From an uncultured Gemmatimonadaceae bacterium (GTDB lineage: Bacteria; Gemmatimonadota; Gemmatimonadetes; Gemmatimonadales; Gemmatimonadaceae), in NCBI GenBank assembly GCA_963781585.1, contig CAWAGQ010000013.1, positions 192,001 through 256,000 of the forward strand: 64,000 bases of DNA. Direction: 5' to 3'. A program made the translations under genes and the position numbers. Under the pieces are notes generated by a model. It ran no database searches and was not told where the DNA came from. It saw only the letters and a list, made by a program, of their open reading frames with translations. Below are positions 10,260-20,817 of this stretch, one piece after another. Position 1 is the first letter of the stretch. Every line of letters starts with the position of its first letter.

Positions 10260-11023
10260 GGTACCGTGATCCGACCCGACTTGTGCGCCACCCGCGTGCC
10301 GGCGGGCACGCCGGCCGGGATCTCGCCGTTGAATTCCTGGCGGGCGAGGATTTCGAGCATCGCCTGGCAGCTCGCGCGCGACGCGGCGCGGCCCCTCTCG
10401 ATTGCCTCGAGGAGCGCCGCGAGATCGGGCGCCGACGTCAGGTTGTTGAGACCGCGCTGAAACGCCTTCGCGTCCTCGACCCCGCGCAGTACCCGCATGT
10501 GCCTCGCGCCTAACGCGCCGGCAGTGGAGTCGGCGGCGCGCGCGCCCACCAGCGCAATCACGCTGTTGGTGGCGAGGTTGCTCGACCGCGTGATCATGCG
10601 CTCCACCAGTTCACGCACCGGCACCCGCCGCCCGACCATCGCATAGAGCGAACTGTCGGAGTCGTCACCGGGGCTCAGCGAGAACGCGGAACCGTCGGCC
10701 AGCGAGGCGAACTGGTTCACCAGCAATACGTCCTGCCCGGGACCGAGCCGCCCGGCGTCGATGGACCGGAAGTACTCGATCAGGACCGGCACCTTCATGG
10801 TGCTGGCAGCGTGAAAGACGCTGTCGGGATTGATGACGAGGGACGCGCCGGTGGCCAGATCGCGATATGCCACCGCGACAGTGGCCCCCGGCACATCGGC
10901 GATGCGATGCAGCACACTGGCGCGCAGGCCACTGGTGTCCGGCTGCGCCACAGCCGGCGTGGCGGCCAAAACCACGGGCCAGAATGCGCAGATCATGCGG
11001 CGACCAATGTCCGCGAAGGCCAT
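10256..11023 (-). pseudogene. Class A beta-lactamase-like serine hydrolase, 3'-truncated
   Basis: AASTMK (SxxK), RSSNLATN (SxN), AHKSG (KTG-like), then a stop 5 codons later; the usual C-terminal strands and helix are missing. Confidence 0.7.
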
Positions 11024-11143
11024 GGCTGAATAAAGGGGCGCCGACCACCCAACGGCAATTGTCGCCGCCGGCGTTGCCCGAGTCCCGCTGGATCGTGTCT
11101 CATGGCAGGCACCTTCCCCACACGCCCCGGGACCGGTCCGGCC

Positions 11144-11608
11144 ATGACGTCCCCGAATTTCGCCGACAAGTCCGACTCCGTTGCTCCCGGCCCAGGCAGC
11201 GCCGAGGCAAAGCGCGAGCGCCTGCGCTTCAGCTCCTTCGCATTCAAGCGCTCGCCGTCGGCGTTCTGCATCGCCGAGGTCGAGCTGGAATGGACCGATG
11301 GCGAGCGGTACAACGGTCGCGCGGAGGGGGTGACGAGCCCGTACAGCGACCTCCGGCTCGCGTCCGAGGCGACCCTGCGCGCGATTGCGGCCTTTGCCCA
11401 CGGGGAAATCTCTTTCGAGTTGATCGGTGTCAAAGCACTGAGGGCCTTCGACGCGAACGTCGTCATCGTGAGTGTCCTCGCCCGGCGCGCCAGCGGGGAC
11501 CGGCGGCTGCTGGGGTGTCACCTGGCGGACGAAGACTCGTTGCGGAGCGCCGTGCTGGCCACCCTGCAGGCCACAAACCGGATCATCGAGACCGTCGTCG
11601 GGGATTGA
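11144..11608 (+). CDS. Hypothetical protein
   Basis: Coding-like ORF ending SAVLATLQATNR; start at ATG 11144 or 11102. Confidence 0.7.
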   Translation: MTSPNFADKSDSVAPGPGSAEAKRERLRFSSFAFKRSPSAFCIAEVELEWTDGERYNGRAEGVTSPYSDLRLASEATLRAIAAFAHGEISFELIGVKALRAFDANVVIVSVLARRASGDRRLLGCHLADEDSLRSAVLATLQATNRIIETVVGD

Positions 11609-11707
11609 CGGCTCGGTCCGGGTTACCAATTCCCGGATCGCGAGTATTATGGGACCTTCACACCTGCTCGTCCGCCAAGGGAGGATCGTATCGCCTCTTT
11701 AGCGCGT

Positions 11708-13216
11708 GTGGCCCGTCATGCGATTCTGGTCGCCACCGTGTCGGCGTGCGCAAAGTCGGCGCTACCCGACGCCGCCCCCGTGCCATTCCCGATCGGAAGG
11801 GGCATTGAGGGACGCGAAGGCGCTTCGCGACTGAACAGCGGCGCCCTGAAGGGCGATGCCCCCCGGCCCTCGGCGGACTCCATCGCGGCCGCTCTGTCGC
11901 TCGCCGGTGATCCCGCCACCGTGACCAGCGACGACACGACGTCGGTGGGCCCGGCGGCGGTGATCGCGCCCAAGGGACTGCCGGCCGGGTCGGAAGTGAG
12001 CTGGGACATCGACGTGGCGTCGTATGTGACCCACGATCGCGTCGAGTACTACGTGGATCGATTCACCGGCGAGGCGCGCGACCGGGTGGTGGCGTGGCTG
12101 GACCGCGGCCTGCGCTACGAGCCGATGATCCGCTCCACCTTCCGCGCGGCCGGCATTCCGGAAGACATGTACTACCTGGGACTCGTCGAGAGCGGCTACG
12201 ATCCCCATGCGTATTCGAGGGCGGCTGCCGTGGGGATCTGGCAGTTCATGACGTCGACCGCGAAGGGGATGGGGCTACGGGTGGACTGGTGGATCGATGA
12301 GCGACGCGATCCCGTGAAATCCACAGTGGCGGCTGCGCGATTTCTCTCCGGGTTGCGGGAGCAATTCGGCTCGCTGTACCTGGCGGCCGCCGCGTACAAC
12401 GGAGGCCCGGCGCGCGTGTCGCGCGGCCTCACCCGGTATGCCGGCGCGATGGAAGACGCCGACGGCGACGATCGCTTCTTCGTCCTGGCCGACCGCCGAG
12501 CGTTGCGCAGCGAGACGTCGAACTACATACCGCAGCTCATTGCGGCCGCCCTGATCGGCAAGAATCCGAGTCACTACGGCATCACGCTCGATTCGGTGGC
12601 GCCGTTCGCGTACGACTCGGTACGGGTACCTCCGGCCACGCCGCTCGCGGTCGTGGCTCGGGCTGCCGCCGTCGACCTGAAGGCTGTCCGCGACCTCAAC
12701 CCGCAGATCCTCCGGGGCATGACGCCACCGGTGGACTCGGCGGTCGTGCGGGTGCCGGCGGGATCGGCCGCCGTCTTCGAAAGCGGGTTTGCGCTGATCA
12801 GCGACTCCGAGCGCGTCGCGTTCCATCGGGTCACGGTGAAGAAGGGAGCCACGGTCGCAGGCGAAGCGAAGATGGCCGGGCTCTCGGTCTCCCAGTTGCG
12901 ATGGTACAACCCCAAGCTCCCCGGCACGAAGAGCGGCCGTTTGTCTGCGGGCCAGACGATTCTGGTGCCCGAAGCGAATGTGGTGGCGGCGGCGTTCGAC
13001 GTCCCGGATCCGGCAGTCGAGCGCTATGGGGGAGCGTCACCCGGCGGCATACACATCGTGCGACACGGCGAGACCCTGTCGGGGATCGCCGTGGCCAATC
13101 ACACGACGGTCGCGACCCTGATGCGGCTCAACGGCCTGCAAAAGAGCCTCATCCATCCGGGTCAGGCGATCGCGGTGCGCACGGGCCTCAGGCGGAGCGC
13201 GAAGAAGAAGAGCTGA
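11708..13216 (+). CDS. MltD-like lytic murein transglycosylase with LysM domain(s)
   Basis: LVESG, AAAVGIWQFM, DERRDP, AAYNGG, ETSNY; C-terminal HIVRHGETLSGIA LysM. Confidence 0.9.
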   Translation: MARHAILVATVSACAKSALPDAAPVPFPIGRGIEGREGASRLNSGALKGDAPRPSADSIAAALSLAGDPATVTSDDTTSVGPAAVIAPKGLPAGSEVSWDIDVASYVTHDRVEYYVDRFTGEARDRVVAWLDRGLRYEPMIRSTFRAAGIPEDMYYLGLVESGYDPHAYSRAAAVGIWQFMTSTAKGMGLRVDWWIDERRDPVKSTVAAARFLSGLREQFGSLYLAAAAYNGGPARVSRGLTRYAGAMEDADGDDRFFVLADRRALRSETSNYIPQLIAAALIGKNPSHYGITLDSVAPFAYDSVRVPPATPLAVVARAAAVDLKAVRDLNPQILRGMTPPVDSAVVRVPAGSAAVFESGFALISDSERVAFHRVTVKKGATVAGEAKMAGLSVSQLRWYNPKLPGTKSGRLSAGQTILVPEANVVAAAFDVPDPAVERYGGASPGGIHIVRHGETLSGIAVANHTTVATLMRLNGLQKSLIHPGQAIAVRTGLRRSAKKKS

Positions 13217-13221
13217 AGGAC

Positions 13222-13249
13222 AGCGATCAGCCAGCAGCGATCAGCTGAC
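13222..13249. repeat. Short family-A heptamer array
   Basis: agcgatc agccagc agcgatc agctgac between convergent stop codons. Confidence 0.55.
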
Positions 13250-13256
13250 CGCCCTG

Positions 13257-13943
13257 CTACTCGAGAATCCCCTTCCCCGTGTAGCCGCGCAACACGATCC
13301 GGTCGTAGCCGTTCGACGGATCGAGTCCGAGTTCCACGGCCGCGCTCACGGCCTCCGGCCCCCGATTGTAGACCAGCAGCGCGAGCTGAACGCTCCCGTA
13401 CTGCTTGATCAGGTCGTGCAGGTAGTGGAACCCGATCCTGAGGTTGAGCTCGCGGTCGTACAGTGCCTCGCGCGTGACGCTGGGCACATAGCCGCGTGCC
13501 GTGCCGAGCATCAACTGGGTGAGACCGATGGCGCCCACCGGGCTGGTTGCGCGCTCCTTGAACTCGCTCTCGAGCCGGACCAGCGGAAAGGCCAGGGCCG
13601 GATCGATCGCGGCGGCACGGGCGGCGTCGTACACCGCCGTGGAGAGCTCAGAAGGAATGCGATACCGGCGCGAATACTCGAGGATCCGATTCAGCCGCTC
13701 GATCTGGGCGCCCGCGACGCGCATTTCGTCGTGCATCGATCTGGCGCCCAGCTGGCTCTCGGATGGGGGGACGTAGGCCGATGCGGCGCCGAGCGCCTCG
13801 GCGTTGGCCTCGCTGGGGGCGAGGCTCCGGATGGCAAAGTCCCCGGCCGCGACCAGACCAGCGAGAAGCAGCACCATGCGGACGCGCCGACGTCGGCGTT
13901 CCTCATCTCCCCGGTGGACATAGGTTCCGCGCAGATCCTTCAT
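13257..13943 (-). CDS. SLT-domain lytic transglycosylase
   Basis: N-terminal TM anchor; LESEF, SPVGAIGLTQLM, LALLVYNRGP. Confidence 0.9.
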   Translation of the reverse strand: MKDLRGTYVHRGDEERRRRRVRMVLLLAGLVAAGDFAIRSLAPSEANAEALGAASAYVPPSESQLGARSMHDEMRVAGAQIERLNRILEYSRRYRIPSELSTAVYDAARAAAIDPALAFPLVRLESEFKERATSPVGAIGLTQLMLGTARGYVPSVTREALYDRELNLRIGFHYLHDLIKQYGSVQLALLVYNRGPEAVSAAVELGLDPSNGYDRIVLRGYTGKGILE

Positions 13944-14020
13944 GTGAACCTCTATAGAACTGCAAACGCGGTTCTACCACAGGCAGGACCGCGTTTGACG
14001 GTTGTGAACGCGCCGGCTCC

Positions 14021-14497
14021 CTAACCCCGAACCCAATCCCCGCTTTTTCCGCCGCGTTTTTCGTTGAGACGAATCTCGCCGATTTCCAGTGCATTATCTA
14101 CGCCCTTGACCATATCCCAGATCGTGACAAGGGTCACACTGACGGCAACAATTGCCTCCATCTCGACGCCGGTTTGTGCTGTCGTTTTGGCGGTCGCGCT
14201 GACGCGTACCGCGGGCGGCGCATCTTCGAGCACCATCGTTAGGTCGATGTCGGTCAGGGCGATCGGATGGCAGAGGGGGACCAGTTCGGCGGTGCGTTTG
14301 GCGGCCAGGATGCCGGCGACCCTGGCGACCGAGAGCACATCCCCCTTGGCGATGGCGTTGGCGCGGATGGCGGCGAGGGTCGCGGCCTGCATGCGAATGA
14401 CGCCGCTGGCGCGGGAGAGCCGGTGGGTGACCGGTTTGGCCGACACGTCCACCATCCGCGCCCGGCCGGCGTCGTCGGAATGCGTCAGGTCCGGCAT
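14021..14497 (-). CDS. moaC: Cyclic pyranopterin monophosphate synthase MoaC
   Basis: MVDVSAK, KGDVL, LVPLCHPI, TGVEMEA, KRGGKSG. Confidence 0.97.
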   Translation of the reverse strand: MPDLTHSDDAGRARMVDVSAKPVTHRLSRASGVIRMQAATLAAIRANAIAKGDVLSVARVAGILAAKRTAELVPLCHPIALTDIDLTMVLEDAPPAVRVSATAKTTAQTGVEMEAIVAVSVTLVTIWDMVKGVDNALEIGEIRLNEKRGGKSGDWVRG

Positions 14498-14518
14498 GAG
14501 CGCGGATGGCGCGAATCG

Positions 14519-15652
14519 TTAGGCAAGCGTGGCCGCCAGATGGCGCAGGAGGTCGGCGGTGATCAGTTGCGGACTCACGTTTCCGTCGGCCAGCAGTTTG
14601 GCATCCTCCACCAGGTCGATCGCCTGGCTGGCAGCGAGCGCCTGGCGCGCATTCCCGTGCTCGGCCCCCCCGCGCATCCGCTCCCGGAGGGCCAGGGTGA
14701 GGGCGTCGAGGAGATCGGAGAAGGCGCCGCGAGCGCCCCGGTGTCCCTGCAGGAACGCCAGGCGCCACAGTTCGGAGCGACGGCCCGCCACGGCGGCGTC
14801 GAGCAGGCGCTTTGCTTCGTCCACCGCGGGCTGGCGCACGCCGGATGACAGCAGCACTCCGGGGGCCCCTTCGGCGAGGTCGAGCCGGACCCTCTCCGGC
14901 TTCGGCACGCCGAGTTTGTCGAGTGCGGCGGATACGGCGGGATTGCGCAGAAACGCGCGCATCGCGGCTTCGGGAAGCCGTGGCACCCGCACGGTCACCA
15001 CGCGCGAGCGGATCGTGGGGAGCAGCGCGCCCACGGCGCTGCTGGTGGCGATGATCCAGGTGTCCGCCAGCGGTTCCTCGAGAAGCTTGAGCAGCGCGTT
15101 GGCGGCGAACTCCTGTCCCTCCACCGGCACCATCCGGTCCGCATCGCCGATGACGAACACCTTGCGCGCGGCCAGCGCCGGGGTGAGCGCGGCGCGCCGG
15201 AGAACGTGGCGCACGGTCGCCACGTAGATCCCCTCGGAGCCCGGGGGCGCCGCGTAGAGGCCATGCGCCTCGGCGCGCTCGAGCGCGGCGGTGGCGAGAT
15301 CGCTCTTGACGTCGTCGATGGCGAGGTCCGAGTCCTTCGGCCGCGGTCGCGGGAAGATCCACGTGAGATCGGGATGGACCAGCCCGATCACGTAGCGGCA
15401 GTGCTTGCAGGCTCCGCACGGCGGCTCCGGCTCGCGGCAGAGCAGGGCCTGCGCGACAAGCAGGGCCAGTCGCTGCTTTCCCACACCCTGCGGTCCGTGG
15501 AGGAGGAGACTCTGCGGCAACGAACCCGCGCGGACGGCGCGCAGCAGGCGTTCGCGCAGTTCCTCGTGCCCGAAGAGCGGAATGATGGTCCTGGCGGGCG
15601 GTGTCGCGTCAGGCAAGGGAGCGGGACTCCAGTCGGTGCAGGGCTCTGCCAT
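14519..15652 (-). CDS. holB: DNA polymerase III subunit delta'
   Basis: LLHGPQGVGK, C..PCGACKHC zinc motif, HPDL, AANALLKLLEEP, LLPTIRSR. Confidence 0.9.
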   Translation of the reverse strand: MAEPCTDWSPAPLPDATPPARTIIPLFGHEELRERLLRAVRAGSLPQSLLLHGPQGVGKQRLALLVAQALLCREPEPPCGACKHCRYVIGLVHPDLTWIFPRPRPKDSDLAIDDVKSDLATAALERAEAHGLYAAPPGSEGIYVATVRHVLRRAALTPALAARKVFVIGDADRMVPVEGQEFAANALLKLLEEPLADTWIIATSSAVGALLPTIRSRVVTVRVPRLPEAAMRAFLRNPAVSAALDKLGVPKPERVRLDLAEGAPGVLLSSGVRQPAVDEAKRLLDAAVAGRRSELWRLAFLQGHRGARGAFSDLLDALTLALRERMRGGAEHGNARQALAASQAIDLVEDAKLLADGNVSPQLITADLLRHLAATLA

Positions 15653-15664
15653 CCAGGACGCAAG

Positions 15665-17251
15665 CTAGCGCGGGCGCGCCGCTCTCGTGAGCCGGGGGGT
15701 GCTGGCGGGTGTGCGCCGGTGATGGGTGGCCTGCTCGTACGCGTACGCCAGTCGGATGAGCGTCGCTTCGCTCCAGGGGCGGCCGAAGAACGTCAGGCCG
15801 GCGGGGAGCACGCCGCGCGAGTATCCCATGGGTACGGACATCGCGGGGAACCCGGTGGTGGGTGAGAAGAAGGGCGAGTTGTTGCCGTCGGGCGTGTTGA
15901 GATCGCCGATCAGGCGCGGCGGGTTGCTCCAGGTGGGATAGACGAACGCGTCGAGGTGCTGGTCGTCCATTGTCCGCACGACGGCGTCGGCGAGGGCGCC
16001 GCGGAACGTCTCGCGCGCGCGACAGCCGGGAAGGGTCTCGGGAGCCGAGTCGGCGCGCGCCTCCTGCTCCAGCCGGCGCTGGATGGTGGGATGGAATCGT
16101 CCCGACCGGAGGATCTCGTCGAGCGACTTGAGGGGCGGGCCATCAGCGCCTAACGCGGAGAGATACCGGTTCAGGTCGTACTTGAACTGCGGGCAGCCGC
16201 CGCGCCCGGTGCGCCGCAACGAGTCGAGCGACGGGATCAGTGCGGTGTCGACCACGGTGGCGCCGGCCCGCCGCAGGTCGGCCAGCGCCCGGTCGAAGAT
16301 GGCCATGACCTCGCTGTCGGCGGTGACGGGATTCCACGCCTGCCGCAGCACCCCGATGCGGGCGCCGGCGAGGCCGTGCCGGTCCAGCGATTTCGCGTAA
16401 TCGGGGATCGGGTGGTCGCGGCTCGCGGCCGTGACCGGGTCGTTCGGGTCTTCGCCGGCGACGACCTGGAATACGGCCACCGCATCGGCGACGGTGCGCG
16501 CGATCGGCCCGGCGATGTCCTGCGAGAGGAAGAGCGGCACCACACCGGCGCGGCTGGTGAGGCCCATGGTGGACCGGATGCCGAACAGCGCGTTGTGCGA
16601 CGACGGCCCGCGGATGGAATTCCCGGTGTCGGTGCCCAGGCCCACGGTCCCGAAGCTCGCGGCCACGGCGGCGGCGGTCCCGCCGCTGGAGCCGGCGGTG
16701 ACGCGGTCCAGCGCGTAGGGGTTCTTCGTGTATCCGGGGAGGATGGAGCTCACCGTCTCGTACGGCGAGAACGCGAATTCCGCCATGTTCGATTTGGCGA
16801 GGACGATCGCGCCTGCCTCGCGGATACGGCGGACCTCGAAGGCATCTTCCTTCGGCTGCCACCCCTGGAAGGCCAGCGAGCCTGCGGTGGTCGGCAGGTC
16901 AACCGTCTGGAAGTTGTCCTTGACGATCATGGGGATGCAGTGCAGGGGACCGACGAATCCGCCGGTGCGGAATCGACCGTCGAGCGAGTCGGCGACGTCG
17001 AGCGCGTGGGGATTCACCACGATGAGGGCGTTTATGGCCGGTCCCTTCTTGTCGAAGGCGTCGATGCGCGCGAGGTAGGCGCTCACCAGCTGGCGGCAGG
17101 TGAGGTGGCGCGCCTGCATCGCGGCGTGGATGTCAGCGATCGTGGCTTCGACGACGTTGAACGGAGTCGTCTGGGCCGACGCCGAACGCGCGACGAGCGC
17201 GAGGCATCCGGCCAGTGCCGTGCCGGCGATCAGGAATGGGTGGCGAGGCAT
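15665..17251 (-). CDS. Amidase signature family protein (secreted)
   Basis: IVKDN, AGSSGGTAAAV, GTDTGNSIRGP; signal peptide from ATG 17251. Confidence 0.92.
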   Translation of the reverse strand: MPRHPFLIAGTALAGCLALVARSASAQTTPFNVVEATIADIHAAMQARHLTCRQLVSAYLARIDAFDKKGPAINALIVVNPHALDVADSLDGRFRTGGFVGPLHCIPMIVKDNFQTVDLPTTAGSLAFQGWQPKEDAFEVRRIREAGAIVLAKSNMAEFAFSPYETVSSILPGYTKNPYALDRVTAGSSGGTAAAVAASFGTVGLGTDTGNSIRGPSSHNALFGIRSTMGLTSRAGVVPLFLSQDIAGPIARTVADAVAVFQVVAGEDPNDPVTAASRDHPIPDYAKSLDRHGLAGARIGVLRQAWNPVTADSEVMAIFDRALADLRRAGATVVDTALIPSLDSLRRTGRGGCPQFKYDLNRYLSALGADGPPLKSLDEILRSGRFHPTIQRRLEQEARADSAPETLPGCRARETFRGALADAVVRTMDDQHLDAFVYPTWSNPPRLIGDLNTPDGNNSPFFSPTTGFPAMSVPMGYSRGVLPAGLTFFGRPWSEATLIRLAYAYEQATHHRRTPASTPRLTRAARPR

Positions 17252-17354
17252 GGCAGGGGAGCGGAGGGATGGTCTACCGTGGCGCGTGCACCCAAGGAGA
17301 GGGGCACCCGGAGGCACGTTGCATTCGGCGACGCCACAATGGAAGGGCGATGCC

Positions 17355-17418
17355 AGTCATCGATCGACAGCCAGCCGTCCACAGTATTCCGTCAACAGCG
17401 ATCAGCTGATCAGCGATC
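17355..17418. repeat. Family-A heptamer array (degenerate)
   Basis: agtcatc gatcgac agccagc cgtccac agtattc cgtcaac agcgatc agctgatc agcgatc, right after the permease stop codon. Confidence 0.55.
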
Positions 17419-18301
17419 AGCCGTCGGCGGCCGGCTCCGTGGCGTCGCGCAGCGCATCCCCCAGCACATTCACCGCCACCACGGTGACGAGAATGAGCAG
17501 GCCCGGATAAAGGGCCAGCCACGGCGTGGTCGAGAGATAGCTCTGCGCGTTGCTCAGCATGTTCCCCCAGCTTGCGGCCGGCGGAGAAACGCCGAGTCCG
17601 AGAAAGGACAGCGCCGATTCCATCAGAATCGCCGTTCCGACGCCGAAGGTGGCGCTCACGATCACGCTCGGCAACAGGTGCGGCAGCGCATGACGCAGGA
17701 ACAGCTCACGGGGCCGCGCACCTAACGCGCGAGACGCCTCCACGAACGCCTGCTCGCGGATGGCGAGGAGCTCGCCGCGTACGACCCGGGCCAGTCCCAT
17801 CCACGAGGTGGCGCCGATGGCGATGACGAGCGCGGGAATGCTCGCACCCACGAAGGTCACGGCGGCGATCACCAGGAAGAGCGTGGGGATGGCGAGGGCG
17901 GCATCGGTCAGCCGCATCACCAGGGTGTCGGCACGGCGCCCGGCCAGACCGGCCAGCGCGCCGAGCGTCAGTCCGATCGCCCCGGCGAAGAGGACCGCGG
18001 CGAGTCCGACGGCGAGCGAGACGCGCCCGCCGAACAGCAGCCGGCTGAGGACGTCGCGCCCGCTCTCGTCCGTCCCCAGCAGGTGGGCGGGGCCCGGCGG
18101 GGCGCCCGCGTTCGCGAGATCGAGCGCATTGGGATCAACGTGATACCACCAGGGCCCGGCGAGCGACGCCACGACGAGGACGCCCAGAATTGCCAGCGCC
18201 AGCCGGGCGCGGGAGTCGGCGAACAGCCGACGCCAGGTACCCGGCGGCTCGCGCTCGAGCTGTGGTGGCGCGGCGACCCAGATGGCATCGGCGGCGGTCA
18301 T
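17417..18301 (-). CDS. Peptide/nickel ABC transporter permease (DppC/OppC-like)
   Basis: HLLGTDESGRDVLSRL, FVEASRALGA, ESALSFLGLG, GDALRD. Confidence 0.93.
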   Translation of the reverse strand: MTAADAIWVAAPPQLEREPPGTWRRLFADSRARLALAILGVLVVASLAGPWWYHVDPNALDLANAGAPPGPAHLLGTDESGRDVLSRLLFGGRVSLAVGLAAVLFAGAIGLTLGALAGLAGRRADTLVMRLTDAALAIPTLFLVIAAVTFVGASIPALVIAIGATSWMGLARVVRGELLAIREQAFVEASRALGARPRELFLRHALPHLLPSVIVSATFGVGTAILMESALSFLGLGVSPPAASWGNMLSNAQSYLSTTPWLALYPGLLILVTVVAVNVLGDALRDATEPAADG

Positions 18302-18307
18302 GGGCGC

Positions 18308-19255
18308 TCACTCCAGCCGAATGCGCGGATCGATCCAGAGATACGTGAGATCCACGAGGAGGTTGACTGCTACCACCGCAATCGAGACGAACAGGGTGAT
18401 GGCCATCACGAGCGGGTAATCGCGTCCGAGCGCTGCCTGGACGCCCAGGCGCCCCAGCCCCGGCCAGGCAAAGACGGTTTCGGTAATCGCGGCGCCGCCG
18501 ATCAGGCGGGGGAGCTGAATGCCGAGCACGGTGACGACCGGGACGAGGGAGGCGCGCAGCACGTGCCGCCAGCGCACCGCGCTCTCGCTCGCGCCCTTGG
18601 CGCGGGCCACGCGCACGAAGGGCTGACCAGACACCGTGCGCGCCGACGAGCGCGTGTACCGGAGCAGTTCGGCGGTGGTCACCGCCGCCAGCACCAGCGC
18701 CGGCAGGATCAGATGGCGCAGCCGGTCGGCGAGATTCGCCGCGGCCCCCACCGTCGATGCCCCGCCGGCCGGCAGGACGTGCAGGACGACCGCGAACAGA
18801 AAGATGCAGCCGATGGCCAGCCAGAAGGTGGGTACCGCCATCGCCACGAAAGCGACCCCGCTCACCGCGCGATCGATCCAGCTGCGCGGCCGCGTCGCGC
18901 ACCAGACGCCGAGCGGGAGCGCCAGCACCACGCTCAACGCCAGCGCCGCCCCGGCGAGGAGGGCGGTATTGGGCAGCCGGGCCGTGATCGCCTCCACGTT
19001 AGGCGACTGGTAGAGAAAGCTCTCGCCCAGGTCGCCGCGCGCCAGACGCCCGATCCATCGCGCGTACTGCGTCGGGAGGGGCCGGTCCAGGCCCAGCTGG
19101 CGCTCGATGGCAGCGCGCTCCACGGCCGTGAGCTTGGGGTCGGCGAGCACCGCGGGGCCGCCGGGCGCGAGGTGCACGATGCCGAAGGTGACCGTGCACA
19201 CGACCAGGATCACTGTGAGCGCGTGCAACACGCGCCGGAGCAGAAAGGCAGCCAT
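18308..19255 (-). CDS. Peptide/nickel ABC transporter permease (DppB/OppB-like)
   Basis: GLDRPLPTQY, GDLGES, ARAKGA, ITETVFAWPGLG, DPRIR; true start ATG 19255. Confidence 0.93.
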   Translation of the reverse strand: MAAFLLRRVLHALTVILVVCTVTFGIVHLAPGGPAVLADPKLTAVERAAIERQLGLDRPLPTQYARWIGRLARGDLGESFLYQSPNVEAITARLPNTALLAGAALALSVVLALPLGVWCATRPRSWIDRAVSGVAFVAMAVPTFWLAIGCIFLFAVVLHVLPAGGASTVGAAANLADRLRHLILPALVLAAVTTAELLRYTRSSARTVSGQPFVRVARAKGASESAVRWRHVLRASLVPVVTVLGIQLPRLIGGAAITETVFAWPGLGRLGVQAALGRDYPLVMAITLFVSIAVVAVNLLVDLTYLWIDPRIRLE

Positions 19256-19260
19256 CGATC

Positions 19261-20817
19261 CTACGGCCGGAGCGACAGGCGTTCGCTGTACCGCAGCGCG
19301 TCGCGAAGGCCGAGTCGGGGCAGGCCCTGCAGCCGATCGGTGACCGCCAGGATCTCGCGCGGATAGAACAGCACCAGAACCGGCGGATCGTCCGCCTCGG
19401 CCTCCTGCAGGGCGATGTAGAGACGACGACGCTCCGCGGTGTCGAGCGTGGCGCGGCCGGCCGCCAGCAGGCTGTCGACCTGCGGGTTCGAGTACCGTAC
19501 GTTGTTGTTGTCCTGGCCGGTGGCGTAGAACGAGAACTGATCGGGGTCGGGCGGGGTGGTCCACCAGATCAGGTTGGCGTCGTACTTCCCGGGAATCACG
19601 TAATCCCGCACCACCGTGGCGAACTCCAGTGCCCGGAGCGAAACGTCGAGGCCCACGCGCCGCAAATCCTGCTGTACCGCGAGGGCGGCCTGCTCGCGCG
19701 TCGGATTGCCCTTGTCGACCAGGAGCGTGAACGCGAACGGTTTTCCGCTCGCGTCGTGCAGCACGCCGTCGGCGCCGGCGTGCCAGCCGGCCAGCGCGAG
19801 CAACCCACGCGCCGAGTCGGGGCGATACGGGACATAGGCGAGTGACGAATCGAAATAGGCCGCGAGCGCGACCGGAATCGTTCCCTTGGGGCGATCCGCG
19901 TACCCATGGAGTACACCGCTGACAATCGCGTCGCGGTTCACGGCGTAGGTCATCGCCCGCCTGACGAGTGGCGACTTGAACATCGGACGCATCTGGTTGA
20001 ACGCGACATAGAAATGCTGCACCACGGCGTTCTGCCGCACCGAAATGCCCGGTACTCCCTCGACGCTGGGCAGGTTGGCGGGTTCGATGGGGACGAGATC
20101 CAGCTCGCTGGCGCGAAGCTGCGCGACCTGGGCGTTCAGATCGGGCACGATCTTGAAGATGACGCGGTCGATGGCCGGCCGATCGCCGTAGTACGCCGGG
20201 TTGCGCTCGAGCACGATGGAGGCCCCCGGTGTGGTCGCGACCACCCGGTATGGTCCGGTGCCGATGGGCTTCGAGTGGCTGAAGGAGCCGGGCTGCGTCA
20301 GCGCCCCGCCACCAAAGGCGTGCTCGGGCAGAATGCCGGCGTTGTAACCCAGGAGGGCGAGGAAGGGAGCGAACGGCGAGCGCAGGTGGAAACGCACGGT
20401 GAGCGAGTCCACGACCTCCACGCGCTCCACCGCCGCAAAGTCGGAGCGCAGGCGCGATCCTGAATTGGGGTCGATGATCTCGTCGAACGTGAACTTCACG
20501 TCCTGCGCACTGAAGGGCACGCCGTCGTGCCACTGCACGCCGGGTCGCAACGCAAAGGTCCAGGTGCGGCCGTCGCCGGAATGCGTCCACGACAGCGCGA
20601 GGTCGGGTGCGGGGCGCAGCTGTTCGTCGGGCCTCACCAGGCCGGGGAAGAGGATCTTGTTGATCAGGACCGACCCCAGGTCCGGGGCAAGGACGGGATT
20701 GAAGATCGGGTCGTTGATCAGCGGAATGCGAAGGACGGTCTGCTTCGCGCCGTGCGACCCGGTTCCGCCGCACGCCACCAGCAGCAGGGCGGCCAGCGTT
20801 CGGAGCAGCTGCCTCAC
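19261..20817 (-). CDS. Peptide ABC transporter substrate-binding lipoprotein (family 5)
   Basis: Lipobox LVAC; LRPGVQWHDGVPFSAQDVKFT; PIGTGPY. Confidence 0.93.
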   Translation of the reverse strand: MRQLLRTLAALLLVACGGTGSHGAKQTVLRIPLINDPIFNPVLAPDLGSVLINKILFPGLVRPDEQLRPAPDLALSWTHSGDGRTWTFALRPGVQWHDGVPFSAQDVKFTFDEIIDPNSGSRLRSDFAAVERVEVVDSLTVRFHLRSPFAPFLALLGYNAGILPEHAFGGGALTQPGSFSHSKPIGTGPYRVVATTPGASIVLERNPAYYGDRPAIDRVIFKIVPDLNAQVAQLRASELDLVPIEPANLPSVEGVPGISVRQNAVVQHFYVAFNQMRPMFKSPLVRRAMTYAVNRDAIVSGVLHGYADRPKGTIPVALAAYFDSSLAYVPYRPDSARGLLALAGWHAGADGVLHDASGKPFAFTLLVDKGNPTREQAALAVQQDLRRVGLDVSLRALEFATVVRDYVIPGKYDANLIWWTTPPDPDQFSFYATGQDNNNVRYSNPQVDSLLAAGRATLDTAERRRLYIALQEAEADDPPVLVLFYPREILAVTDRLQGLPRLGLRDALRYSERLSLRP

